Positions 51,160 to 64,000 of a DNA stretch of 64,000 bases are shown here, one piece after another. The notes under the pieces were generated by a model that saw only the letters and a program-made list of their open reading frames with translations, made no database searches and was not told the origin of the DNA. Each line of letters begins with the position of its first letter. Within the stretch, counting starts at the first letter, position 1. The position numbers and the translations under genes were made by a program. The stretch is from Oopsacas minuta (taxonomy: Eukaryota; Animalia; Porifera), in contig JAKMXF010000296.1 in NCBI GenBank assembly GCA_024704765.1, forward strand, positions 284,465-348,464. The letters are read 5' to 3'.

Positions 51160-52030
51160 ATATGGCACAAACAGTACTTATATGCCCAAGAAAATTTATT
51201 ACTGAGATGTAGAAAACAAAATCAATTTCAAATGTGCCAATTTCTTTGCTTAGTTAGCTTTATTTGGAGAAAATAGCCCGATCTTTGATGAGCTGCAGCA
51301 TTTATTTATTGTATCTTTGGTTTCAAAGCTAACGTACGGAATGTTGTATAGATGCTTTTGTAGAACATATTAAAATTTGTCATGATAAATTTTCCAGGTT
51401 TTTGATTTACTGTAGTGACCATGGATGGTAATAATTTGTTAATAACTGTTTAGAAGTCGTAAACACTCTATGATAAAACAAAACTCACTATTCCCGATTT
51501 ATCGTGTATATCGATTTCCTATTCCCTTATAGTACATGTTGATATGATATATCCTACGATAATGATAGAATCATGAATATTGCTATATATGGCTGTATTG
51601 ATTATTATGCAATAATCTTCCTAGATATGTCATAACAAGATGTATTACAAATATAAGGGAAAATCGGAAATATACTATAAATCGGCAATAGTGAGTTTTG
51701 TTATACCACTGAGGGCTTTCTACTTGTAAATGGGTATTTACAAATTATTACCATCCATGGTGACTACTGTAACTCAAAAACCTGCCAACTTCATCATAAC
51801 AAATTTTTAGTATGTTTACAGAAGCATTTTACGTACCCACTTTACATTACTTTGAAATTTATGATGCGATATTTAACCTTCTACGTTCATCAAAGATTGA
51901 GCCATTTTCTACAAATTTTGCTTACTAAGCAATATTATGACATCGTTTTTGCTTTTTTGGTTTGGGCATGTGATGTTAACATATCAGTAATACATTTACT
52001 TTTGCATAAAAGTACTGTTTGTGCGATATG
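51160..52030. mobile_element. Old foldback element (~400-bp diverged arms)
   Basis: GCACAAACAGTACTT, ACCATGGATGGTAATAATTTGT and AAAACTCACTATT.CCGATTTAT each have a reverse-complement partner across a short centre (~51555-51620). Confidence 0.75.
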
Positions 52031-55000
52031 AAACCATTTACAAATATATAATATACAGTACATCTCTAAATCCTAGTCCAAAATTCGAGGTTGATGGTTT
52101 CCCTTGTATAGAGAAGGCTATATTATATTGTTTTACTTATGTGAATTCCACATTGGCGGACACTACTTCCCGGGATTGGCTCTAATATGCACGGACATTG
52201 GTTGTCCATGCATCATGTTTAGACAGCCTGTGTCAAGCTTCCTAGGCTGTTAAGTGTCAGCGGATATGCAAACTCAACAAATTTTGACATTTGCCGCCTA
52301 TATTACACAAATTTCCAAAGTTAGCTCCATTGACGTAATATTTCTTAGACATGTAGCCTTGTATCTGATAACTAATTCCTTAAGTGACTGAAATATTTAC
52401 TCTCAAGGGGACATGAGCTTACCCAGCAGTGTTTTGTAATTTGTGTCCTAAACATTCCATATCAGCACAAAAACATTCTATAGAGATACTTCCACGTCGT
52501 CGACTGGTTCTACCAAGGTATATATACCTAATCCTTGGCACAACAAATTTCATTATGTAAATTATACCTATGTTCGCATTCTAATTACGCTGCTGTGGCA
52601 ACAGTCCCAGTAGCGGGTTCGTGTAAATTCATCTTGAAGTGCCAGTACCGATACTTGAAGGGATTTCCCGTATCGGTACTGTGGTTGTGGTTTTACCACT
52701 GAGAGTAACAGACTAGTCAAGCTAGTGAAAAGATCATTATAGGCATAGCAATTATAAAAGACTTCAACAATAATCCTAAATACACGAATTGCCTAAATAA
52801 TTGTTAATAAAGTAACAAAAGTCAAATTCAAATTTTGAATGACAATAATTACAGCACGTACCTAATTTTCGCGGTAGGTACGCGTTAAACTACTCCCTTG
52901 AGTACATTTGAATATTGTCAAATTGTAGTATTTGTGAAATTTTTCGTTTAGTTCACAATTCTACATTAGATGAGCGTCAAAAATACTCCTCATTGTTGTC
53001 AGAAGTTTCACTACTACCTAGATGCCACTAAAGTGTTTGTTTCAATATGTGTTCCTCAATAGGATTCAGACCAATAGGCTTACCAGTTTTCTAAGGAAAA
53101 CTTCTTCTAAACCAGGTCGCTCCTATTATATTACAAAATATATTTATTCCAGTACTCCAACTATATTTTGCTGTAAAGCTAAAGTGGACACAAAATTCTG
53201 ATAATTTTCGAACTAAAACTCAGAACTGATTCACTAATAATTTTATTGTTTATATGATCTTAAAACACTATAACCCTGCTCAAATTGAATCCTTGGGCAA
53301 ATTGTGTCTACCCATAGACGCTTGGACAAATGGCAAGATTCCTGGTCATTCCGGGGCGAATGTATGGGAATTTGGGCGTTTAGAGTGGCCATTTTCCAGG
53401 ATCATGGCCAAAATTCTTATTTCTCCAGCATCTAAAGGCATATTACAGATTGTTGAGTTATTATGTATCAGGACATTGAATTTATGTGAATTGAGATCAA
53501 CGCCCAAGAATTCTCGAATTTACCCAAAGTACGAATGCCACACATCATAACTAGTTTAGGACCTGAATGCAGCGAATATTTAATATTTAATTCACATATT
53601 ATGCCTTTCACTTTAAATATGCAAAACATCTTAATCAGGCTTGAAGCATGCGCTCGATACATAACTACTACATTTGTTAGTATCTTTTATAATTGAATGA
53701 AAGTAGATCGCACAGTCAGAAATTGTTATTGAATACACATTTTCAATTAGGATTTTATGTTTGTTATTAACTTACAATGTTCAATGTTCACTTTACGAAT
53801 TGTATTTGCCCAATTTGATACTACATGCTCACATGGCTATATCAAATGGCGATGATATTTCTGATTCCGCTCTTCAAAACACATTCTATTAACTTTGACA
53901 CTGACAATGATTCTACAGCAAACTCTCCAAATCTTCCTCATCAGCTGATTAGGTTTGCACATGTTTTTGACATTTCTCTATCCTAGATGTAGAGATATCA
54001 GTAGGAAAAAGCCACTATAACTGTAACTAGTGTTATATCAATAATCATGGAGTCTGAAAGTTAACTCAAATTTTTGAGACACTCTACGGTACGTTTTATT
54101 GATAGTGTTCTGATTTTTACATATACATAATCATGCACTAAGTTGAATATAACTATATATGTATATGTTTAGGGAACTGTTGGTTCATTATAATATAATC
54201 TTGTTTCAGCTCTGTAGGCGAGGTTTTTAAGCATGCAAACGAGCGGTATACCAGTATTTCATTATCAATTTTGAGTGAGAGTTGTCTAATTGTCCACCTT
54301 GAGCAATTAGGTTCGAGGCGGATAATAGGGAAACTGGAGAGTTACAACATTCTAAGTGATTAACCTTTGCGCAGTTTAAGTTTGTATAAGGGGACAAATA
54401 GAGAACCCAGGGAAAATTAGATACCTCATAATTAGAGAGGTCCCACTGTATATTATTTAATGCTGTCATGAATCTACAAATCTTTCTGATGTGCCTTAGT
54501 ATTTGTAATATTCTCCAATAGCATGGCTATTGTTTTTGCATCTAGACCAGGTACGGAGCTGTTGCGTAATACTTTGAGATTCATTGTATATTGGACGCTA
54601 GTATTACCATGGATATGCTATTACAAATTATACAGTAAGTATTTCTTTGAGACGCTGCTAATTAGCACCATAGGCGAGCCTATTCTAATGAGTCAGTCTG
54701 GCTTGTCTATGCTGGAAAAAATGACCTGGTCTGTACTTTTCTAGTATGACCAGGTTATCGTTTCCCTCCCAGACAGCAAGACTATGGTGCGTTTTACTAG
54801 CATCCCACTGGCTCGAAGTGTCTCAAAGTAGTAATTCCCAGGGAATAGGGAGATTATATTATATGAACATGAGCGGCGAATTTTGGTGTTGAGCGAAATA
54901 AGGTGAACTTAACTTGCCCAGTGTCACAATGTGGTGTGAATTGACCATAATCTGTTCTGCACAATGTTTACAATACTATTTTGTTAATCTTATTGTGACA

Positions 55001-55939
55001 TTTGTTACAATTGTTCTGCTCATTTTCTTCGAATTCTCTTCTTTTTGAGCGATTCTCGAGTTTACTCATTGAATTATTCAAATTTATGTCAACTTTCAAT
55101 ATGCTTATGTTATAACTGATGAATCATTCGATAAGCTAGTATCAGGGTTTGTTTCAATTATATTTGTACAATTTATTATTGTCTTGACATAATTGTATAA
55201 TTGTAATTGACATTTTAATTGACAAATTTTAACGAACATAATTGGAATTTTATTTTGATTCTAGAGTGTTTGTTTAGACAGAACTATCTTCCATATTAGC
55301 TTGACCTATTGTTGTTTTTATTTATTTTTTGATACAACTGGCTTCGATTAGAATTCTAGTTAATGCGTTGATTTTTCGAACATTGGAATTATTATTACCC
55401 CATTCTATTTCCTAATTGCAATTCTGGTGGTAATTATCGTATCTATATGTATATTAGGGTACCTCAGTTCTCTCTGTCAATTGAAAACGTAATTCGCTTT
55501 GCTACTTCTTGAGTTCCCTATGCGGTAATGATACTCCATACCGAATCTCCATGGGATCCAAAATGATTTAGTGGTACCGCAATAGTGTTTAGAAATGGCC
55601 GATTTTCAACCCAATTTTTGAAAATGATTATAATGACTAATGATTTAACAAATGGTTGGGTGTAGGTTTATGTCGGTCAATAAACACTTTGATAACCAAT
55701 CTAGTACACTTTAGAAGATATTAGTGAAAATCTCTTCAATCGTTGATAGGTGTCATACCAGCGTCAACACCACCGATTTGTGGTAATTTCTCCAAAACTG
55801 TACAAGCTTGGTTATCGAATAGTGTTTTTCACCGACATGAACCCACCACACAAGTGTAAGTTCTTTATGAAAAATTGAAAAAAATTATCAACACAATGGG
55901 CATATGGATTATACAATACAATTTATTGAGTAAGGAATT

Positions 55940-58900
55940 GCTATTTACTGTCTTCTGTGACGTTTGGAAAATACTTTAATTTTTGACCGGTTTTTCCCAA
56001 TTACTTTGGCTACAAAGCTCAAAAATCTTATTACGCTCAATATCAGGCTTGGGAATATTTATATTACCACTATTCTTTATTTGCGGCAATTTCTAAAAAC
56101 ATTATGAACATCTAATAAACCACTTCTGAGATATGTCCACATATATGTGAATATCTGATGTTTGTTGAACATCTTCCTCTAGATTTTTCAATTATTCATA
56201 AATGACCGAAACGGTTACTATAAATCATTTCCCCGGTATTATTCATGTGCATCATTGTCAAAAAGTGGGCTTTGTATGGTTATAATTCTACCCATAACTA
56301 ATATTTGAGACTCTATTATTCTAGTTGTGACGTTGAACAGTTACAAGTATACATAACTGGTGGTATTGAACATAAATCATCAAATATATACAGTATTTTC
56401 AAATATCTTATATTTGTAGATACGTACAAAGTTGAGCATGACGAATCCTTGGACTTGTATGAGTAATTTTGGTTGTTAACTAACAATCTGGATCACTGAG
56501 ATCTGAGTTTTCAGAACCAGTTATCCAATTATGCATTTCTACTTTCTCTTCAGCATTTTCAATCAATTGGTCATCAATATCAATTTCCTGAATATGATTT
56601 TCGGGATTTTCTGTGTTTGATCTCAAAGCTCTATCCCACTGCAGGTTATAATTGTATGTGTGCATACAAATCAACAAGACGTTGCGGGTAAAGTGGATTT
56701 TTGCTCTTGTTTTGGAGAGAAGATCCCACACTATTTGTAATCGTGAATGGTGCATTTCAACTTTGCTAAGAACTAATGGCTGCTCCTGCATCAGGGACAC
56801 TTTCATGATGATATAAATACTCTTCAAAATTGTCTGAGAGAATATGCGATTTTTAAGACCATGACAAACCTGTATTATGCCATGCTTCACGAAAATTTCT
56901 AATGCTGTCTTGCCATCCAAATTCCTTACATTGCATAAACACTCTCTTTACATGCTTCAATGCAATTAATGTACTCACTAATTTTGAAGAATTTTCAGGA
57001 ATTGGTATATTCCAAATTGTTTTAGATCCTTGAACATAAATTGCTCTCCAGGGTACCATACCAATATTCTGATCTTATGATATTATGAATGTGCAGTGCT
57101 GAACAATAAATTTTGAATAGTTTGCGTCCTCCTCTTCTCGATGAACAATCAGTAGGTCTTGCAATAGTGTATAGTTTGTTTGCCAATACCAAAAGAACAT
57201 GTAATGGAACTAAAGCAACTTTTCCAAACTGACTCAGTCCAAATAATGATCGGTTCATTGACGACGTTATGTTGATTTGAGCTGCTTCATTGAAATCACA
57301 AGTAATTTGGACGAGAAAATCTATGTGAATTATTATTTATTGAAAGATATGTAAACAGTTGTTTCGGATTGTGATAATTCTCAAGACCTTTTCCCATGGC
57401 ATGGCAAAATTAAATTGTATACTATTAGGAGTTGACATATATAGATTTCTAGACTTTATCGAGATAATATTCACAGATAATTTCAAGAACTTTGTAATCA
57501 ATGCATAAATCAAATGGGCTCTGCTCTGGTGTAATAACCATATTATCACGATATATCTCAAGTGTAACTCGAGTAAAGATATCACCTAAGACGGACCATT
57601 TTTCATCCCAAGTCACTCTAATTCCAGCAATAGGGAACGTAATTCCTTCTCGAAGTAGTATTCTGCCTAATTCCTAGTAAGTAAGTTTTCCAAGTCCTAG
57701 GTGGCCTAATCTTTGAATATCTCGAGCAGCTTCAACGCTCAATCGTGTATTCACACAATTTCTAGCTGCCTAGCCAACTGTAGATACCACGATTTGGTTG
57801 TTGGAATCGCGAGGATGATGCAAACTAACTGGAATATGAATATCGTCGCCTTACATTAGTGCGTTTTAGTCTATTTTGTTGCAACTACACTAGTGAAAAT
57901 TCGAGCTTCCACTCTTTCTGCAAATAGTGCAACTGCAGTTGAAGATTTTTGTAGGTGTAGCATAATGTTTTGACAAAATTTCTCAAAGTGATTCTGCATC
58001 TCTTTCTCACATTTGATACACATCAGCCTACATAGTGACTGTTCTAATGGCCTGCCAGGTCAGGGCCTGATTTTTAAGCTTGATTATGTAATTATTGAAG
58101 GACGGTACAAAGGCTTGGCCAATGTGACCGCGATATCCTGAGTTACATCCCGCAGTACTTCCGGTGATACATATGTTTTCTTCAACAATTTATGGAAACT
58201 AGACATTAGTACGAACTTGTTCCCATTTATTGATTTTTAATTTTCCTGTTTCTAGATTAGATAACCTAACCTGACAAATGCTACATATAACCTTTGGTTT
58301 TTGTAGTTCACCTACCTCCGATGCAAAGTTAACTTGGTAATATTTCTGAACTCTATTTGATAACAGTTGCGAGGGTAGTTGCCGAAGAAATTCCCTTGCC
58401 AGAGCGGAAGCAAGCCTATTGTAGCAAACATACATACTCGATAAAGATTATCAAGATGATAATGATCATAGAGAGATGATACTTCAGTTGCTATGACCAT
58501 TTAGAGATACCACAAACGAAATGTTTGGGATTGAATTTCGAATATAACAAATGGCTGAATTGTTAATCGTAATCAGTATCTAATGGCCCTGTTAATTTAG
58601 AATGTCGCTATATTTGTAGTTTCACTGACTCTATATTCAATTAGCATAAAAATACTACCAATTTTGGATAGTCTTTCATTGTTCAACGTCATAACTCGAA
58701 TAATAGAGTCTCAAATGTTAGTGATGGGTATTATTACGCGTATACCCATACATAGCTCACTTTTTGACAATGATGCACATGAATAATACCGAGAAAATGA
58801 TTTATAAGTAACCATTTTGGTCATTTATGAAAAACGTTAAAGTAAGGAGGGAGATGTTCAACTAAAGTCCAAAATTCACATATAAGTGGACATATATCTC

Positions 58901-59100
58901 AGAAATGGTTTGTTAGATGCTCATAATGTTTTGAGAAATTGCCGAAAATATAGAATAGCGGTAACACAAATATTCACAAGTCAGATATTTAGCTTACTTA
59001 ACATTTATGAGCAATGTTGCCAAAGTAATTGGGATAAAACAAGTCAAATTTAAAATTTGAAAAAAATTCCAGACTTCACAGAGGTCACTGAATGGCAAGG
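55940..59100 (-). mobile_element. Chapaev-like (CMC superfamily) DNA transposon with ~400-bp TIRs and a decayed transposase (58500-56480)
   Basis: 55946-56339 is an imperfect inverted copy of 58680-59090; N-terminal H..HLDNLYRVC..C...KPKVICSIC Chapa-like finger, PGRP, HNVVNEPII, VPLHVLL..ANKLY, EMHHSRL..W; exact termini and TSD unresolved. Confidence 0.6.
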
Positions 59101-59386
59101 TTGAAAGCGCTCAAACCGAATATCAGTATTCATGACTAGTACAATAACCGAATGCTGATATTCAGTTGGTATCCAAATATTGAACTATTTGCCAATACTA
59201 TTCGGTTGCAACATTGGTAAATGGTAATTTCTTAAACAACAAACATTATGATACATAGTTGATACTCTATTTTCTGTTGAAAGTTTTTCAATTTCTTAAG
59301 AATTTACACTGTAGCCCAAACTACTCAATTCCATGTTTGTTTGTTTTTGACGAAATGGGCAACTGATGCCCCCTAATATGTATATA

Positions 59387-60288
59387 CAGTTAAGGGACAA
59401 AAGTATTCAACCACACAAATATATTGTCATAAATTGTTTACTCTTTCCCGTTCCTATATAGTGTATAGTCTATATTCGTAGCTGCAATCTAGTAATTTGC
59501 ATAGAATAACATGTTTTTCAAGAATTTCAAAAAAATATTTTCGATTTACACTTTTTGAAGGTGTTAATTATTAATAATTATTAGATAATTATTGATAATC
59601 AAAATATGTGGTAATTCAAAACCTATTAAGAATCTATAATTTCTGACTTGATATTTGAATTCTACTTAGGCGAGTTACCCCAGATTAAATTTTCAATAGG
59701 ATTGAACAATTTTTGCCAGAGTTATAGATGAATTTCAATTTGTGCCATTTGTGCCACCTTTTGCCCAAGGGGCACAAGTGGCCGTTACCAAGAGGTTATT
59801 TTGTAATTCAAGGGTTAGCATAGTCATATAATCCGAAAATATTACTATGACTTATTCCTCCTAACCCTAGTTGATTTCCTTGTGGTGGCGCTTTTTCCAG
59901 CCACCAGTGTCACTTTTTGCAACAAGTGGCACAAATTGAAATTCTTCTATAACTTTGGTAAAAATTGTTCTATCCCATTGGAAATTTTAATATAGGGTAA
60001 CTCGCCTAGGTAGAATTCAAATATCAAGTCAGAAATTATAGATTCTTAATAGGCTTTGAATTACCACATATTTTGATTATCAATAATTATCTAATAATTA
60101 TTAATAATTAACACCTTCAAAAAGTGTAAATCGAAAATATTTTTTTGAAATTCTTGAAAAACATGTTATTCTATGCAAATTACTAGATTGCAGCTACGAA
60201 TATAGACTATACACTATATAGGATCGGGAAAGAGTATACAATTTATGGCAATATATTTGTGTGGTCGAATACTTTTGTCTCTTAACTG
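59387..60288. mobile_element. Tc1-derived foldback MITE, 902 bp, ~370-bp highly similar arms
   Basis: TA|CAGTTAAGGGACAAAAGTATT ... AATACTTTTGTCTCTTAACTG|TA; arms pair to ~59755 and ~59925. Confidence 0.92.
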
Positions 60289-61179
60289 TATATGTTTGTG
60301 TGTTTGGAATTGATTGAGGTAACTGGAATAACCCCATGACTGATTATTGGAATACAAGGTATATTGATCCTGACTTGGACATGTTTGAGTCTTGAACGGA
60401 AAATTCATACCTATGCCGAAATTATGACGTCATTGTCACCTTTTTGTATTTACGATAATCACATTATTAGCCACTGCTGAGCCACTATAAATGATGTTGG
60501 TGAAAGATGGTTGAAAGTTACATCGTAGACATCTCACAATTTTATCCAAGTGTCTACCTCAATACATTGGCAAAAGATTACTTATCATGAAATTATTCCT
60601 TCATCATAACTGTACCAAAATTGTAATTTTTCCAAATTTTAGAATTACTTGACACACCAGGTACGAAGTGCCGAGATTACTAACCAAATGCCCCTTAAGA
60701 GCACCAATATTGTCGCAGAAGCCAATAAATATAATTTGTAAGGACCATGAATTATTAACATTTCTGCAACAATTTACCTCAAGAGACCTTGTTTCGAGTC
60801 GATCCCCGCTGGGTAGCGATTCAAAGCACCTACACATGTTGCTGTATCATACTTGGGCTAAAACAAGGGACAAAGTGCAACGAAAATTCCACCAGTCACG
60901 CAGCGACGCAGCAAGCGAAGTGCGCTAGTTGTAATTGAAATTGATATTATATGGGATCATAGTTGGTATTGTAATTGTAAGTGAATATACATTTTGAGGT
61001 TCTCGTAATTGTATTTCTAATTGTAATTGAAAAACTAATATCGAACTCGATCCTAGCGTGCTAAAGTTGATCACTCCGCCGTCAGTAATGACGCCTATGT
61101 GTATAAGGGTGTAATTCATGGTCTACTTAATCCACTATAGTAAATGTCACCGAAATTGTTTAAAAACATAGAAAACGTA

Positions 61180-62476
61180 CGAAGGGAACTCGAAAAGTTT
61201 TGACGTTGACCGACATATCAGATAGTAATAATACAATTGACTATTACATTTTTAAAAATACTCTCCCTGACAATCTATACATTTTTTATCCTTGTAAACC
61301 AGTTATTAAAACATTGTTTCCACTTTTCTTTGGGTATGTCTCCGATCGCATGGAAAAGTGCCCCTCTCCTCATTAGTCGAAAATCTCCCCCACGTAATTG
61401 ATCTTTGAGTCTAGCAACCAGAAGTCGCAAGGGGCCAAATCAGGACTGTAGGGTGGGTGAAGTAATGTTTAGAGTCCAGAATTTTCCAAAAACTCACGAG
61501 TTCTGAATGCCGTATACGATGATGCATTATCATGATGAAGAAGAATTCCTCTAATGCCTATCCTCTCCCGCTGTGAATCAATTGCTGTGATGACTTTGGG
61601 TAGGCACACTGTAGTGTGCTAGTCGGCAGTAACAGTCTTTCTATCCTCCAGAGCAACAGCTTCGACAAACCTACTAGATCTGAAAAAAATCGCCCACATT
61701 TGTTTCCCAATAGATCTAACCCTCCGCACTTTGGTTGGAGGTTGGGCATCTTCTTCAATCCACTCCTTTGACCTTCGCTTTGTTTCTGGATCATAATGGT
61801 ATATTCATGTCTCATCACCTGTAAGGATCTCAGAAGCAGCTCTTGAACTTCCATTAGCAAACCTTTTGAGCATAATTTTGCAAAAGTCTATACGCGATAT
61901 TTTTTGCTGTAAGTTCAAAGAATGGAGGATCCATCGGGCACACAACTTCCTGACACAAAGCTCTTTGTGCAAAATGATATTAATTGTCCCCGATGATAAC
62001 TCGGTTTCATACTCTAACGGAGCGTACGTAATATGAGGATCTTTAGTAATTAGATCTAGCATTTCGTTAACATTTTCTTCATTATGTGAAATATTCGGTC
62101 TTCCTAAACGAGGGGCATCTTCGAGAACAAAGTTTCCGTGAATAAATTCCCTGTACCATCATTCAACTGTACTTAGAGAAGGAACTAGATCCGCGAAATG
62201 TTCCTGTGAAGATTCATAGATTTCTACTGTGGTCTTCTGTAGTTTGAATAAGATCAAAATCATTGCTCGAAAATCACGTTTTGTGAGATCTGACTTAGAT
62301 TGAGATATTTTAGAAGCCATGTATACTAAAGTTATCTAATTTATGGAAGTAGATGGGGTAAATGAATGAAAGTTTCAAAGTAGAGTAATAAATTGTGTCT
62401 GATAAGATGGATGCGGAATAAATGCGACAGATTAATGATTTCATATCAAACGACAAAACCTTTCGAGTGCCCCTTG
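61180..62476 (-). mobile_element. Mariner DD34D, full length (1297 bp), degenerate
   Basis: TA|CGAAGGGAACTCGAAAAGTTTTGACGTT / reverse complement CAAGGGGCACTCGAAAGGTTTTGTCGTT; LCARWILH, TGDET, HHDNASS...YSPDLAPCDF (34 residues). Confidence 0.9.
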
Positions 62477-63107
62477 TATTTGCTTTATATTTGTAAGACT
62501 TTTACTTTTTAGTTGTTTTCGGATATGATGAATTCATTAAAAATGTCTACATAATACCAACATCTGAAATTTTGAAACCATAATTATATTCAATATGTAT
62601 AGAAACCTTTTCTTATGTCTATGAATAGTGAATTAACTTGGTATCTGAGTTCTTCTTTCAGGAGATTATTGATTTTACCAAAATCGCCGCTCCGCGGGAT
62701 CCACGTACATTATTCACAAAACTTTTGCCTTGTAAAATTGTAGATATCTCTGCTAACTAGTAATGTATGGAAATTGTTTCAAAAACATATAATTTATCAG
62801 TATATTGTTATTTGTATGTTATATGTGGGTAAATCTTAAGTTTTTAGCTTCCCCTTTTATGCATAACAAAGTTGTTATTGGATATATATATTTATCGTAT
62901 TAATAATTTTTGCAGCTATTGGGGACATACTATTTGTCCGTTGTAGAGAATTGTCCGCTCCTCTGAGACTCCTTAAGCAGTAATTACATGCTTGGGAAAT
63001 TCAATCCGTGCCACGAGGTTTTTCCATTGTAGGAGTTGTCCGCTTCTCGGACTGTCTGTTTGGAGACACCACTGTATACTATTTATAAGCATATGTAAAC
63101 CTATATA

Positions 63108-64000
63108 TGTTGTAGTCAATGTATAAAATCAGTCAATTTACAAATTGATTGAAGTTTCCAGTCAATTTGTAAATTGACTGATTCACCTAGGCAATTTACA
63201 AATTGACTAGAGTATTCAGCCAATTTACAAATTGACTGAACCATTCGTTGGTTTTTTGACAGATTGACTGAAAACATATTAATATTTTCAAATCAATGAA
63301 GCAATGAATAATGAGAAATCTTGCAATTCTTGTTATTCCAAAACATATACGTCAACTTAACTTAAGAATTGAAAATGTAGAGAAACCTGACTCAAAGTAG
63401 TGTATCCTCAATAACAACATCAAAGGCAAGCATCTATCGACGTGAAATATTCTGGAGTATAAAAAGGCAAGGTAATATGAACACCCTCAAAACTCTAAAA
63501 GATATCGGACACTATGGAACAGTCCTTCCGTGAGGAGATGTTGAAACGAAATAGCTCTGATACCAAATCATTATTGATGACCAAACACGAGTATTTTTTG
63601 TTGCTTGAAGAAGTCAAAGTTGCATCTGACACCGCAAAGAAGTCCAACAGCAATACTATGTCCTTGGGAGGTATGTGAACTAATAATTATTGGTTCAACA
63701 ATTAAAATTTGAGTCAGGGCTGCGTTACTTGGATTCAGGTCAAATGAATGTTCTATACAATACCATAGTTAGTTCTCTAATTATATAGAGCCCACGTACG
63801 TACGATGTTTAGGTTTCCTTTGCTGTACATGGAAAATATGCCAATAATATTGCGCACTACGGTTGTGTACTATGTTACTGGCATCGATTAAGTGACATAT
63901 TTTAGATATTTTACAGGTAGTAAATTCTTCGGTGTGGCGATGTTGAGAAGTTGATTGGAAAGCAAAGTGAAGGCACCCAGGAATTTGTTTACTTCACTCA
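63108..64000 (+). mobile_element. Left end of an intron-containing Ginger2/KRBA2-like element, degenerate, runs off the window
   Basis: TGTTGTAGTCAAT terminus; MEQSFREEMLKRN...KHEYFLLLEEVK (63514) then intron AG|GTATGT..TTACAG| and ILRCGDVEKLIGK; contains frameshift and stops. Confidence 0.6.
63130..63270. repeat. 29-bp-period array of a 22-bp palindrome with 7-nt variable spacers
   Basis: CAGTCAATTT(A/G)(C/T)AAATTGACTG-like units at 63130, 63159, 63188, 63217, plus a partial copy. Confidence 0.9.

Noticed and set aside
56418-56470. DTYKVEHDESLDLYE* as an SH3 exon of the BAR gene
   Set aside because: Lacks SH3 signature residues, stops immediately, and lies inside the Chapaev-like element
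1-64000. tRNA, rRNA or hammerhead ribozyme genes
   Set aside because: No cloverleaf with A/B boxes, no rRNA-like segments; CTGATGA hits lack the GAAA core and stems

Overview
AT-rich eukaryotic DNA, probably an invertebrate animal (inference from spliceosomal introns and the transposon repertoire). One host gene is well supported: a + strand N-BAR (amphiphysin/BIN/Rvs161-like) gene with exons at 1956-2099, 11089-11280, 38509-38829 and probably 38921-38986. Its ~9 kb and ~27 kb introns, and the region downstream, are packed with nested DNA transposons. The strongest candidate for a novel system is a 6.2-kb Ginger-type DNA transposon (40365-46574; perfect 25-bp TGT TIRs, 4-bp GGAC TSD). It encodes a 7-exon, ~893-aa DD35E integrase fused to a C-terminal domain carrying the Cys-box, His-box and zinc-finger motifs of a USP (peptidase C19-like) deubiquitinase, intact except for one +1 slip in an A-run. 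Also notable: a RAG1-like (Transib/RAGL) element with a CACAGTG terminus and a CxxCxxxGH C-terminal motif, nested in a mariner; a second RAG1-like fragment; a Chapaev-like element with ~400-bp TIRs; two Ginger2/KRBA2-like remnants; Tigger, Tc1 DD34E, DD37E and mariner DD34D copies; many MITEs, foldbacks and tandem arrays. No rRNA, tRNA or CRISPR is supported. All protein family calls come from motif reading, not database searches.
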